Below are positions 1 through 9,389 of a stretch of 56,200 nucleotides of DNA, piece by piece. Origin of the DNA: Bdellovibrionota bacterium (GTDB taxonomy: Bacteria; Bdellovibrionota; FAC87; UBA2466); the NCBI GenBank assembly GCA_041736915.1, contig JBGSST010000241.1, positions 1 through 56,200 on the forward strand. Direction: 5' to 3'. The first letter of the stretch is position 1; the number at the start of each line of letters is the position of its first letter. A program made the translations under genes and the position numbers. The notes under the pieces are model-generated. The model had not been told where the DNA came from, ran no database searches, and saw nothing but the letters and a program-made list of their open reading frames with translations.

Positions 1-485
1 CCGTGAAGCGGAATGCCCGAACGAACGTGCTGTTCGAAAGACTGCCGGCCTTGCATCACGACGAGCGCACCAATGTTGTCCTTCGACATCGCGGCCAACG
101 CATCCACGAGAAGCTCGCTCAGTTTGCCGGGCTCCAGACCACGGGTTCGGTTCCACGGGCGCCAGGTGGCCATCGATTCGAAAGCGCGGCGAAAGTCGTC
201 TTGAAAGATCACCACGATGCTGACGAACATCGAAATCAAACCAAACTGAAACAGCTGCGACGTCAGGTACATCTTCAGGGACTGCGCCAGCGCGTAAGTC
301 ACCAGTAGGGGAACCAGGGCGAAAAGAATCGCGCGGGCGGTTCGCTTTTTCAGCCACACCGATCCGATCGCGAGCAGTACGCCGATGAACACGATGTCGA
401 GCACGTCGACCCAGTTCATCAGTAAACGGCACTCTTCCAGGTACTGAAGAATGCGTTGGGCTAATTGGGCTAAAGCGGGAGCCAT
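1..485 (-). CDS. cdaA: Diadenylate cyclase (CdaA/DacA type), runs off the left window edge
   Basis: Not in the ORF track; translated manually from ATG 485: MAPALAQ...WVDVLDIVFIGVLL...IVVIFQDDFRRAFE...IGALVVMQGRQSFEQHVRSGIPL. Three TM helices followed by the start of a DisA_N/DAC domain. Confidence 0.85.
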   Translation of the reverse strand, partial: MAPALAQLAQRILQYLEECRLLMNWVDVLDIVFIGVLLAIGSVWLKKRTARAILFALVPLLVTYALAQSLKMYLTSQLFQFGLISMFVSIVVIFQDDFRRAFESMATWRPWNRTRGLEPGKLSELLVDALAAMSKDNIGALVVMQGRQSFEQHVRSGIPLH

Positions 486-518
486 TCCCGTTCTTTTCGG
501 CTATTTGGCCGAGGGGGA

Positions 519-1166
519 TTATCGCGCTGCGCTAAGGATTTTCTTGAGGAATCGCTTAGTGGCGTAGAAGGCGCGGGCCGGGAACTTTTCGCCGGTTATG
601 GGGCAACGGCTAAGCCCCTTGCCGGTGCCGGTAGGGCGTAGCTGCAGAATGTCGGAAAAGCTGCCCACGTTGTGGTGAGCCATCATCTCGCCGGAGGCCA
701 CGAGGTGCCGCACGTCTTCCCAAAAGCCGCGAATCTCCGCGACAAGCTCGGGATCGGTTACGTCAAACGGACAAATCACGACGGCTTTAGCCTGATTCGG
801 CGACTCGTAAACGCAGCCCACTAGGATCAAACGCGAGAGCTTCGACCACAACGTAGAGGTCTCGAACTCTTCTTCCAGAATCTTTTGCGGATTGAGATTC
901 GTGACCTTAATCGTTTCCTGCGGGGCCCACGCCTCGTCGAGCCATTCCACCTTGGTGGACTTCAGCTCGAAGTCCCCGCCATCGGGTAGGGCCAAGTTGG
1001 ATACGCCGAGCAGCGAAGCGTGTTCCAGCGTTTGTCCGGCCCAGCCCTTGTTGATGCCCCGTGGAGTGTCGACGGTAACGCCGTAAGTTTTCGCCAGCAG
1101 CGAAAGCTCGCGTCCCACCACCTGCTCGCGCAGGCGGGCGACTACTTCATCACGGCTTGGGCTCAT
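519..1166 (-). CDS. MutH/Sau3AI-family endonuclease
   Basis: NKGWAGQTLE...PDGGDFELKST matches the MutH KGWxGxxxE...PD...ELK catalytic pattern; C-terminal LQLRP and RAFY motifs. Confidence 0.8.
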   Translation of the reverse strand: MSPSRDEVVARLREQVVGRELSLLAKTYGVTVDTPRGINKGWAGQTLEHASLLGVSNLALPDGGDFELKSTKVEWLDEAWAPQETIKVTNLNPQKILEEEFETSTLWSKLSRLILVGCVYESPNQAKAVVICPFDVTDPELVAEIRGFWEDVRHLVASGEMMAHHNVGSFSDILQLRPTGTGKGLSRCPITGEKFPARAFYATKRFLKKILSAAR

Positions 1167-2205
1167 CTTTCGCGGTGCCCTTTCTCAGCAAACCGTCGGC
1201 GAGGTTCACCTTCAGCGGGGCGACCTCCGTGATACCAACCTCTTCCATGAAGCCTAGTACCAGGATCAGGTTGGGGATCTGATTCTCAGCGTACTTGCCG
1301 CTAATCTTGTCGTCGGTGAGGTTCCAGCTCGCTTCGAGGGCTTTTTTGACCATGCCCTGATCGTAAGACTTGTCTTCGGGACCCATTGCCTGGTCCTTCA
1401 CGCTAATGAAGTGAACGCTGCCGATTCCGACGACCACGCCTTCTTCTTTAGTGACCCGATTTTTCACGTCGGCGGTGCCCTTCCGGGCTTCTTTATGTAC
1501 GGCCGCCAGCGCTTTGGTGGCGACGGATTTACCGACGGGGTTTACCCGCTTCTTCCCGCCACCTTTGAGCTGGCGAACTTTTTCTTTGAGGATGTCGGAG
1601 CCAAAGCTGTTGTTGGAGGAAACCACCTGGCCCTCTTTGCTCATCATCGAAAGCTGCTGCGATCCACCGCCGATGTCCCACACGACGGCCTTTAACGGGT
1701 CTACTTTCGAAATGCCGACCGCGGCCCAAAAGCCCAGCTCCGCTTCTTCGTTCTGCGAGATCACCTTGATGGCGATGCCGGTCTCGCCGGAAAGTTTCCC
1801 CGCTACGGCCTCACCGTTCTTGGCTTCACGAAACGCCGAAGTAGCCACGCCGACAAACTCGGTTGCTCCGAGCTGTTCCGCCGATGCCTTCAGCTTTTTC
1901 AGCTCGGTCACGCCAGTTTCGATGATCTCCGGAGAAAACTCCTTCTTCTTTCCGCTCGCCTTGAGGGCGTCCTGGTAGGCAACTTTCACTTCGCCATTAT
2001 CCTCGGCGGTCGGGAACAGAATCTCGACGTCCGTCATTCCTTTGTCGTCCGTCAGAACCCGGCCAACTTTCATCTTCGTGGCGCCCGAGCCCACGTCGAA
2101 GGCAGCCCGCACGACGGTTTTTACGATTTTTGGTTCGGCCTTTTCGGGCGACGAGGCACAACCGGTAAAACCGAGAAAGAGGAAGAGAACGATGGCGTGA
2201 CGCAT
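1150..2205 (-). CDS. Ppx/GppA-family (ASKHA) phosphatase, predicted lipoprotein
   Basis: FDVGSGATK, ATSAFREAKNG, ISQNEEAELG and WDIGGGSQQ motifs; N-terminal signal with lipobox FTGC. Confidence 0.85.
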   Translation of the reverse strand: MRHAIVLFLFLGFTGCASSPEKAEPKIVKTVVRAAFDVGSGATKMKVGRVLTDDKGMTDVEILFPTAEDNGEVKVAYQDALKASGKKKEFSPEIIETGVTELKKLKASAEQLGATEFVGVATSAFREAKNGEAVAGKLSGETGIAIKVISQNEEAELGFWAAVGISKVDPLKAVVWDIGGGSQQLSMMSKEGQVVSSNNSFGSDILKEKVRQLKGGGKKRVNPVGKSVATKALAAVHKEARKGTADVKNRVTKEEGVVVGIGSVHFISVKDQAMGPEDKSYDQGMVKKALEASWNLTDDKISGKYAENQIPNLILVLGFMEEVGITEVAPLKVNLADGLLRKGTAKDEPKP

Positions 2206-2288
2206 GGATGAGCTCCTAATAATCGACCATAAATATCACGGCGACTCTTCCTGTTGCAATGCACCTACGGTCACGTTTAGCCTTCGGC

Positions 2289-2774
2289 ATGCCCGAAATA
2301 GCCCCCATCGATAGCTGGATGCAGCTGGCCCTCGAGCTGGCCCGTGAAGCCGGTCAGAACGACGAGGCCCCCATTGGCGCCGTTCTCATCCACGAAGGTA
2401 AAGTTTTGGGGAGGGGAAGGAACCGCCGGGAAGAAACCCAACGGACTACCTCCCACGCCGAGCTCGAAGCGCTGGACGAGTACAGCCGGCAGTATAAGTC
2501 GTGGCGGTTGCCGCTAGGAACGGTGCTGGTCGCTACCTTAGAACCCTGCGTGATGTGCACGGGCGCCATGCTGTGGGCGCGGGTGGACAAGATCTACTAC
2601 GGCTGCAAGGACCCCAAAGACGCTGGCTTAAGCCACCTATTGCCCGCCGTCGATTCAGGCCGCTTCGATCACAAGTTCAGCATCGTGGAAGGCGGCTGGC
2701 GCGAGGCCGAATGCGCGACTCTGCTGAAGGATTTCTTCAAAAAGAAGCGAACCTCACGCGAGGAAGCGCTGTAG
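2289..2774 (+). CDS. tadA: tRNA adenosine(34) deaminase
   Basis: EAPIGAV, HAE and TLEPCVMCTGA Zn-deaminase motifs; C-terminal LLKDFFKKKR. Confidence 0.85.
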   Translation: MPEIAPIDSWMQLALELAREAGQNDEAPIGAVLIHEGKVLGRGRNRREETQRTTSHAELEALDEYSRQYKSWRLPLGTVLVATLEPCVMCTGAMLWARVDKIYYGCKDPKDAGLSHLLPAVDSGRFDHKFSIVEGGWREAECATLLKDFFKKKRTSREEAL

Positions 2775-3695
2775 CCCGAGCGACTTGGGGTACGGGTCCC
2801 AAAAAAGATTCTCCGCGAGGTAGGTAACGCCGACGCGCTGAGAGGTGTGGCGCAGCAGTGACACCATCGTTTGAAACGACACCTCGCCCGTTTGGTACCC
2901 CTGCAGATCTTCGTACAGTGATTTTTTCTCCGCCTCGGGTAGCCGGTCCTTCAGGAAACCGAACAGGTGCTGAAGCACGTTGAAACGCCGTCCGGGCGTC
3001 GACCGCTTGGAAAGTGCTTGGGCGAATACGGTCTCGTACTCGGCGCAGGCTTTGTCGGGAGCCCGCCGATCGGAGTTAGCGGCAATTTTTCCGAGGTCCT
3101 TGGCGAGCTTCTGGTTGTGAGCCATGAGCACGAACTTGTAGCGCTGATGAAAAAGCTGCATCGAAGCGACGGTCTTGGGCAGGTCGCGCCAGCGCCGCCG
3201 AGCAAACACCTGCATCACGAAGTGCTCCCGCTCTTCGACATCGGCCATGCGGCCCTCTTCGGTGCACGGTACGAGAGGGAAATTCGCGACGAAAGCCGCC
3301 GCAAACATTCCCTGACCCGTGCGGTCCATGTACCCATTCTTCTTTTCGACTTTCACCCGCTCGAGTCCGCACGAGGGAGAGTTCTTTTTGAAGACCATGC
3401 CGTCGGGCTCGGGAAACTTGGTCAGCATCTTGGCGGCGGTTTTTTTGGCCAGCGTAGTGAGCTTGCGGCCGGTGGTATTGCCGACCAACTCCACGCCATC
3501 TCCGTGGGCGATCTGTTTCACACTTTCGCGCGGCACTCCAAGCCCCATCTCCATCTCCGGGCAGACCGCGTAATACTCCACCTGTTTGGCTAACTCCTTG
3601 ATGAGCCATTCGTGCCCTTTGTGTCCGCCATCGAAGCGCACTTGGTTGCCCAGCAGGCAGGAGCTGATGCCAATGAGTGGTTTGGGCTCTTTCAC
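2754..3695 (-). CDS. DUF523 + DUF1722 (YbgA-like) protein
   Basis: IGISSCLLGNQVRFDGGH, VCPEMEMGLGVPR, KKNSPSCG, EEGR, FHQRYKFVLMAH and NVLQHLFGF motifs. Confidence 0.9.
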   Translation of the reverse strand: MKEPKPLIGISSCLLGNQVRFDGGHKGHEWLIKELAKQVEYYAVCPEMEMGLGVPRESVKQIAHGDGVELVGNTTGRKLTTLAKKTAAKMLTKFPEPDGMVFKKNSPSCGLERVKVEKKNGYMDRTGQGMFAAAFVANFPLVPCTEEGRMADVEEREHFVMQVFARRRWRDLPKTVASMQLFHQRYKFVLMAHNQKLAKDLGKIAANSDRRAPDKACAEYETVFAQALSKRSTPGRRFNVLQHLFGFLKDRLPEAEKKSLYEDLQGYQTGEVSFQTMVSLLRHTSQRVGVTYLAENLFWDPYPKSLGLQRFLA

Positions 3696-3696
3696 G

Positions 3697-4653
3697 TCAG
3701 GCCGACGGTGACGCCGGCGACGTTCGGCCTATAGGGCTCGCCGTTTTTTCGATGCCGGTCGTGAGCAATGACTCGTTCAACGCCGTGAACCGGAAACGAT
3801 AGCCCATTCGCTGCAACCGTTCGGGCCGCACGCGGTGGCTGTCGGAAATCGAGTCCACTTTTTCGCCGGAAAAGAACCGGGCCACCGGCGCTAGCGCCGA
3901 CAGTGAAAGGCGGCTTCCCGACTGCTTTTTCAGGAAATCGTTGAAATCGGAATGCGTGCTGGGCTCGGGGCTGCTCACGTTGATGACCCCTTCGACCGCC
4001 TGATTGACGAGGCAGGCGCGAATGGCCCCCACGGCGTCGTCGAGCGAAATCCACGAAACCCACTTGCCGGCCGAACTACCGCCGCTAAACGCCGGGGCGT
4101 GGGCGAAGACCGCGGCCTGGGGCCCGAGTAAAAATCCGAGCCGCAAGAGAACGAGTCGCCCCATGCCGTAAGGCAAAACCCGCGCCTCGCGTTCCATGTC
4201 GGCGTAAACCTTGGCCAGAAAATCGTCGCCGGCGGGGAAGGACTCGGTGATCCACTTTTCGCCCTGTTCGCCGTAAATCATTTCGGACGAGGCCACGATT
4301 AAGGTAACCGGACGTCCTTTGCGCTCTTTGAGGGCGGATACGAGCTGGCGGGTGCCGCTCACTCGGCTCTCGCGAATCTGCCTTTTCTTTTCTTCGTTCC
4401 AGCGGCCGTCGAGCCAGCACTCGCCCGCTAGGTGAAGGATCGCGTCCACGTTCTTCAGCGGCTCCGCGGGCGGGCTCTCTTTCGAGGCATCCCACGCAAC
4501 CCCCGCAATCTTCTTGCCCAGCCGCTTTTCCAGCGCCGCCGCAAAAGCGGGGGCCGTGCGCGACAGCAAGGTGATCTCGTGACCTTGTTCAAGGAGGGTT
4601 TCGGTCAGGCGTGAGCCCAAAAATCCGGTGCCACCGGTGATGACTATCTTCAT
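3697..4653 (-). CDS. TIGR01777/YfcH-family NAD-dependent epimerase
   Basis: MKIVITGGTGFLG, HLAGE, RWNEEKKRQIRESRV, WISLDD and PERL..MGYRF motifs. Confidence 0.85.
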   Translation of the reverse strand: MKIVITGGTGFLGSRLTETLLEQGHEITLLSRTAPAFAAALEKRLGKKIAGVAWDASKESPPAEPLKNVDAILHLAGECWLDGRWNEEKKRQIRESRVSGTRQLVSALKERKGRPVTLIVASSEMIYGEQGEKWITESFPAGDDFLAKVYADMEREARVLPYGMGRLVLLRLGFLLGPQAAVFAHAPAFSGGSSAGKWVSWISLDDAVGAIRACLVNQAVEGVINVSSPEPSTHSDFNDFLKKQSGSRLSLSALAPVARFFSGEKVDSISDSHRVRPERLQRMGYRFRFTALNESLLTTGIEKTASPIGRTSPASPSA

Positions 4654-4785
4654 AGGTTAGAGTGCGAGTGTAGCGGAACCCCCTCGAACAATTCAAGGCC
4701 GGTTCCCGTGGGAACGCGCTTTGGAAGCGGCGTGACGTCCACGGGCGGGGGAAATGTTGATATGGTAGCCGTGAACGAGGTCTCC

Positions 4786-6513
4786 ATGTCACGTTTCGAC
4801 GACTACATCCTTTGGAAGTCGAGTTCGACCAGCGGCGCGGATAGCTTGGGACCCGAACGGGGCCTACTCGTCTCTTCCGCCCCGTTGCCCAACAAGGGCA
4901 TGCGTTATGCGGTGGTGGGACGGCACCCGCAGGTTCCGGCCAGCACCTTCGCCCACACCGAGCTCGGGGGACGCCCGGCCTTGTTTCTGCTGAGCGATGC
5001 GGACGACGTGGTGGCCGAAGGCTGGCTACCGGCGCCGGAGTGCCTGTTTGCTCCGCGATCGCCCGAGCTGATGCTTAGGGCCTTGGTGTCGAGCTCGGCC
5101 GTGGTCAGCTTTTCGCTGCTGCCGGCGATTGTGGCGATTGGCCACCGCATTCCGGCCATCGTCGTATCCGAGGAGCCGCATACGATGTTGCTGGCCGAGC
5201 GGATGTCGATTCCCTGCGTGAAACCGGGTCCCGCCAAGCGGCTCATGGCGGCCATCGCGGAACGGCTCGAGTCGCACCGCTGGGAGATCACTTTTTTGGG
5301 CGCCGAGCTGATGCGCCAAAAGCTGCCCGCGTTATCCGCCGCCGACGAAAAAACGCCGTCCGCGCGGGAGCTAACCATTGCGCTCATCGCCGACGAAAAG
5401 TTTCTGCCGCATCTGAACGGCCTCGTGCACAACTTGAAAGAGGTCGCCCAGGCTGCGCTCCGATTTGAAATTCTGGCCCTCGACGATGCCACCGCCGATT
5501 TCGTGGCCGGCATCGACGCTCACGTGCGCTGCTACAAGTTCAGCGAGCTGTGGGATGGAAATGAGCCCCCGGGTTTCGATTCGTGGTCGATGGCCGATCG
5601 GGCGTTTCGCTCCAAGCCGAAGTTTCTTCTGCGGCTGGTGCGGGGTAATCAGGCCCCCGTGTTTTACTTCGATACCGACCTCCACTTCATGGGGTGTCCT
5701 TCCTACCTGCTCGACGAGTTTGCGGACCCGGAATCTTCGCTGCTTTTGTTTCCGAACTGGAACGACACTCCCGAGGAAACGAAACGTTGGGGCGTGTTCA
5801 ACGCCGGCATGATTGGCGTGCGGCCGGGTTGCGAGCGGTTCTTGGAAGTGTGGACCTCACTTTGCCAAACCACCTACCAAAGCGGCGCCGACGGATATGT
5901 AAACGATCAGGGCTTTCTCGATCTCATTCCGCTCTACCTCGATCGCTTCACCGTTTATCGCCGGGGCGACGAGAACGTAGCGCGGTGGAATCAGCTGACC
6001 CGTGAGGACGGCTTAACCGTGCGATCGTTTCATGCGTCTCAGCCCGACATATATGGTTTCTACGAGCAGAAGATGGCGTGGGATCAGGCGCTGTGGGCGT
6101 TTGCCGATCCATCCCGCCACTTTCGCCTGACCGATCGCTGGGCCAAGGTGCTTTCGCGGTCGTGGCGCGAGCACGTATTGCCGCTATCACGATTCATGGG
6201 TTTTGCGCGCGTGTTGCGACGGGCCTGGGCCGCCCGTTGGCTGGAATCCCCGCGCGCGATGCGCTTCTTCGTTTACGGTGCGGGGCAGGCGTTGCTTCGG
6301 CTGGGGGCGGTAGCGCGACGTTTCGTTTTGTCCGAGCACAAGATCGAGCTATCCGGAGCGCAAACTCCGTGGGTGTCGCAACAGCAGCTGGCGATTCGCG
6401 AAAGCACGTCCCGGCGCAAAAGCGCGTTGCCGTCGGTGGTGCCTTTCGAAATTTCCGAGCTCGCCGTGCGGGAGTCAAAACCGGTGATCGGACCCCGGGT
6501 GGAAATTCACTAG
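4786..6513 (+). CDS. Glycosyltransferase (GT-A, GT8/GT77-like) with an N-terminal pyruvyl-transferase-like region
   Basis: YFDTDLHF (DxD), FNAGMIG and NDQGFLD motifs. The N-terminal half resembles the polysaccharide pyruvyl transferase C-terminus. ATG 4786 follows GAGG. Confidence 0.6.
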   Translation: MSRFDDYILWKSSSTSGADSLGPERGLLVSSAPLPNKGMRYAVVGRHPQVPASTFAHTELGGRPALFLLSDADDVVAEGWLPAPECLFAPRSPELMLRALVSSSAVVSFSLLPAIVAIGHRIPAIVVSEEPHTMLLAERMSIPCVKPGPAKRLMAAIAERLESHRWEITFLGAELMRQKLPALSAADEKTPSARELTIALIADEKFLPHLNGLVHNLKEVAQAALRFEILALDDATADFVAGIDAHVRCYKFSELWDGNEPPGFDSWSMADRAFRSKPKFLLRLVRGNQAPVFYFDTDLHFMGCPSYLLDEFADPESSLLLFPNWNDTPEETKRWGVFNAGMIGVRPGCERFLEVWTSLCQTTYQSGADGYVNDQGFLDLIPLYLDRFTVYRRGDENVARWNQLTREDGLTVRSFHASQPDIYGFYEQKMAWDQALWAFADPSRHFRLTDRWAKVLSRSWREHVLPLSRFMGFARVLRRAWAARWLESPRAMRFFVYGAGQALLRLGAVARRFVLSEHKIELSGAQTPWVSQQQLAIRESTSRRKSALPSVVPFEISELAVRESKPVIGPRVEIH

Positions 6514-6522
6514 GGAGTAACT

Positions 6523-7665
6523 ATGAAGCTCGCCGTTCTCACTTCGGCCTTTCCCCCGTTCGCGGCTTCCGAATCCGACTACGTTTCTGAGCTGTGCGAG
6601 GCTCTGACCGAGCGCGGAGTGGCCGTGCACGCGTTCGTTCCGCGAGGGGGACCGGCCTCGGCGTTTAGCTTCCCGGTTAGCCGAAGCCGGGGTTGGGCCG
6701 GTGTGCTTTCCAATCTGCTGAGCCAACCGGTTGACACGCTACTCGTGCCTTACCAGCCGTGGTTATTTCAGGATACCCCCGGAGCCCTTCGCGCGGTTCG
6801 AATCCTGAAGTGGGCCCGGCCGCACATTGTTCGCACGGCGGTACTTTTCAATCCCGATCCGCTGACCGCTGACCAAGAACCATTTCTCTCGCAGTTCGAC
6901 CGCGTGATTGTGCTTAGTGAGCGGCACGCGTGCGTGTTCGGCCGTAAGTTTCCCCACCTAGCGAACCGCACGTCGGTCATTCCTCCGTTCTCCCTCGTGA
7001 AGTCGGAGAATTTGCGGAGCAGGAACCATACGGAGGGCGAAATATTTCAATGGCTCGCCCTGGGCTTCGTCTATCCCGGAAAAGGGATCGAAACGCTACT
7101 CAAGGCGTTTGCGCGTAGCGCGCCCGCTACGTCCCGATCGCACCTGACCATCGTTGGCGGCACGTTGGAGCCGGGCGCTAACCAGTGGAACGAGTTCGGC
7201 AGGTGGCTGCGCTTGAGCGCGGAGGCGCTGGGCATTGCGCCGTTCGTCGAGTGGGCCGGCGCCTACGCCACACCAGAAACTTTTCCTAGTGAGCTACTGA
7301 GGCGATCGCACGCGGCGGTGGTTCCCTACGACGTAGGGCTTGGGATCAATAATTCGGCGCTGGCCACACTCGCCCAGGCTTCTTTACCCATCCTTTCCAC
7401 GCGCGGCTCGTTTCTGGACTCGGACCTAAAGCACGGCGACAACTGCTGGCTCGTACGGCCCCGCAAACCTAAGGAGCTGGCCCAGGCGATGGCGCAGATT
7501 CAGCAAGATGCTGAGCTGCGCGGGCGGCTGCGGACTGGCTCGCACCACCTCTCATTGCGCGTTTACGATCGCGCGAGCCTCTTCGACGAGTGGAACACCA
7601 TTTTGCGCCGTGACATAGCGACGGCCGCGCGGAAGAACGGGCGGCTCATTCCTCGGCCAGCCTAG
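6523..7665 (+). CDS. Glycosyltransferase family 4
   Basis: GT-B motifs FPP, LGFVYPGKGIETLLKAF and ELAQAMAQI. Confidence 0.85.
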   Translation: MKLAVLTSAFPPFAASESDYVSELCEALTERGVAVHAFVPRGGPASAFSFPVSRSRGWAGVLSNLLSQPVDTLLVPYQPWLFQDTPGALRAVRILKWARPHIVRTAVLFNPDPLTADQEPFLSQFDRVIVLSERHACVFGRKFPHLANRTSVIPPFSLVKSENLRSRNHTEGEIFQWLALGFVYPGKGIETLLKAFARSAPATSRSHLTIVGGTLEPGANQWNEFGRWLRLSAEALGIAPFVEWAGAYATPETFPSELLRRSHAAVVPYDVGLGINNSALATLAQASLPILSTRGSFLDSDLKHGDNCWLVRPRKPKELAQAMAQIQQDAELRGRLRTGSHHLSLRVYDRASLFDEWNTILRRDIATAARKNGRLIPRPA

Positions 7666-7692
7666 AGGGGCCCGGCAAGGTATACTTAATTC

Positions 7693-9369
7693 ATGACGTC
7701 ATCCCGGCCCTTCACCCGGTTTTCCCCGCTCTGGCTCGCCCTGGTTCCTTGCGTGCTGCTGGCCGACGAGCGGCCCGTTCCGCGCATCAACGCGCAGGAT
7801 TTGGACAACTCCGACCAGATGGAGATCGTGGGCGATCCGTTGGTGAAGCCGCAGGAGCCACCGAAGGTGGTCGATGCCCGCGAGGCCGTTCCGCTCATCG
7901 ATGAGGGCAATCGGTTTTGTGACTTGGGAGAGTTCGAGCGGGGTCGCGACAACTTCTTGCGAGCGATTGAAATCGATCCCAAGAACTTTCGGGGATACGC
8001 CGGGCTAGGCCGTGCTTGGATCGGACTAAACGAGCTGGGCCGTGCCGCTGAGCCAACCCAAAAGGCATTGGAGCTCGACAAAAATTCCGTAGATGCTCTG
8101 CTGAATCAGGCCGAGATTTACTTCGCCTCGGGCCAGCCCAAGAACGGCGGCGACTTCATCAACAAGGCGGTCAACGCTAATGCCAACTTCGGCCGTCTGC
8201 ACGAGGTTCGTGGGGCGCAGGCCTACGCCGACGGAAAAACGGATGAAGCGGTTCAGTTTTTTGAGAGCGCGATCAAGCAGAACAGCGTGCTGGGCCGTTC
8301 GTACCTAATGTTGGGCGAAGCGTACCGGCAGAAAGAAAAATTCAAGGAAGCGATCGCCACTTACGAAAAGGCGCTGAAGATTCCGCTGTCGGCGGATTAC
8401 AAAGGCCGCCTGCACGAACGGCTAAGCCGTCTCTATACTTCGTTGCGCCAGCACGGTTTGGCGATCAAGGAAGCCAAGGCCGCGCTGTTTATCGAAAAGG
8501 ACAACGCCGACTACATGATGGCGCTGGCCGACGCGTACAATGCCGGCGAACAAAGCGACAAGGCGATAAACACCTTTCGCGAAGCCATCAATGCCAACCC
8601 CAAGCTTACCGCCGGTTACCTCGGCATGGGCAAAACGCTGCTGAAGGCCGGGCACACCCAAAGGGCGATCAATACCTACAAAATTCTCCTCGACCTCGAG
8701 CCGCAGAACGCCCAGGCGCACTACGAGCTGGCGAACGCTTACCAAAAGCGCGGCGACCCTTCACTGCAGAATGCGGTCGACCATTTTCAGCGTACGGTGG
8801 CGCTCGATCCCGATCACTTCGATGCCCACTTCAACCTTGGCCGCATCTACCGCCGGGACAAAAAGTACGACATCGCGAGAAAAAACCTGGAAAGCGCCAC
8901 CCGCATCAGCCCGAAGATTCCCGCCGCCTGGGAAGAGCTGGGCTACGTACTGACCGCGGTGGGCGAGAACAAGAAGGCCATCCTCGCGTTTCAGAAAGCG
9001 TTAGAGCTCGACCAGGCCAACCCAACCACGCGCACTAACCTCGGCAAGGTGCTGGTGGCCGACGGGGCCAACGATGCCGCGATCGGTCATTTTCAGATCG
9101 TGCTGGCGAAGTACCCCCGTTACCCCGAGGCCGCTTACGGGTTGGGGCTGGCCTTTTGCCAGAAGGGGGACGTGGATGAGGCCCAGCGTTACCTGAAGAA
9201 GGCCACCATTTACCGCGCCAAACGTGCTGGCTACTTGCTCAGCTTCATCAATAAAAACTGCCTCAAAGGGCGCCGGCCCGCGTCTCCTTCGCCGTACACG
9301 TCCGATCCCGACGAAAAGGAAGACAACGAAGTGATAAAGTCCGCACCGCCCCCTCTTTCCAATCAGTGA
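7693..9369 (+). CDS. Secreted tetratricopeptide-repeat protein
   Basis: Signal peptide followed by many consecutive ~34-aa TPR units (e.g. AHFNLGRIY, AWEELGYVL, AAYGLGLAF). Confidence 0.9.
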   Translation: MTSSRPFTRFSPLWLALVPCVLLADERPVPRINAQDLDNSDQMEIVGDPLVKPQEPPKVVDAREAVPLIDEGNRFCDLGEFERGRDNFLRAIEIDPKNFRGYAGLGRAWIGLNELGRAAEPTQKALELDKNSVDALLNQAEIYFASGQPKNGGDFINKAVNANANFGRLHEVRGAQAYADGKTDEAVQFFESAIKQNSVLGRSYLMLGEAYRQKEKFKEAIATYEKALKIPLSADYKGRLHERLSRLYTSLRQHGLAIKEAKAALFIEKDNADYMMALADAYNAGEQSDKAINTFREAINANPKLTAGYLGMGKTLLKAGHTQRAINTYKILLDLEPQNAQAHYELANAYQKRGDPSLQNAVDHFQRTVALDPDHFDAHFNLGRIYRRDKKYDIARKNLESATRISPKIPAAWEELGYVLTAVGENKKAILAFQKALELDQANPTTRTNLGKVLVADGANDAAIGHFQIVLAKYPRYPEAAYGLGLAFCQKGDVDEAQRYLKKATIYRAKRAGYLLSFINKNCLKGRRPASPSPYTSDPDEKEDNEVIKSAPPPLSNQ

Positions 9370-9389
9370 GTTCCGAATAGAATGGGCCG

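Noticed and set aside
519-1166. Type II restriction-modification system
   Set aside because: No cognate DNA methyltransferase is adjacent in the window.
2967-3609. Long overlapping or antisense ORFs here and throughout the track
   Set aside because: Expected shadows of real genes in GC-rich DNA; no motifs or RBS support.
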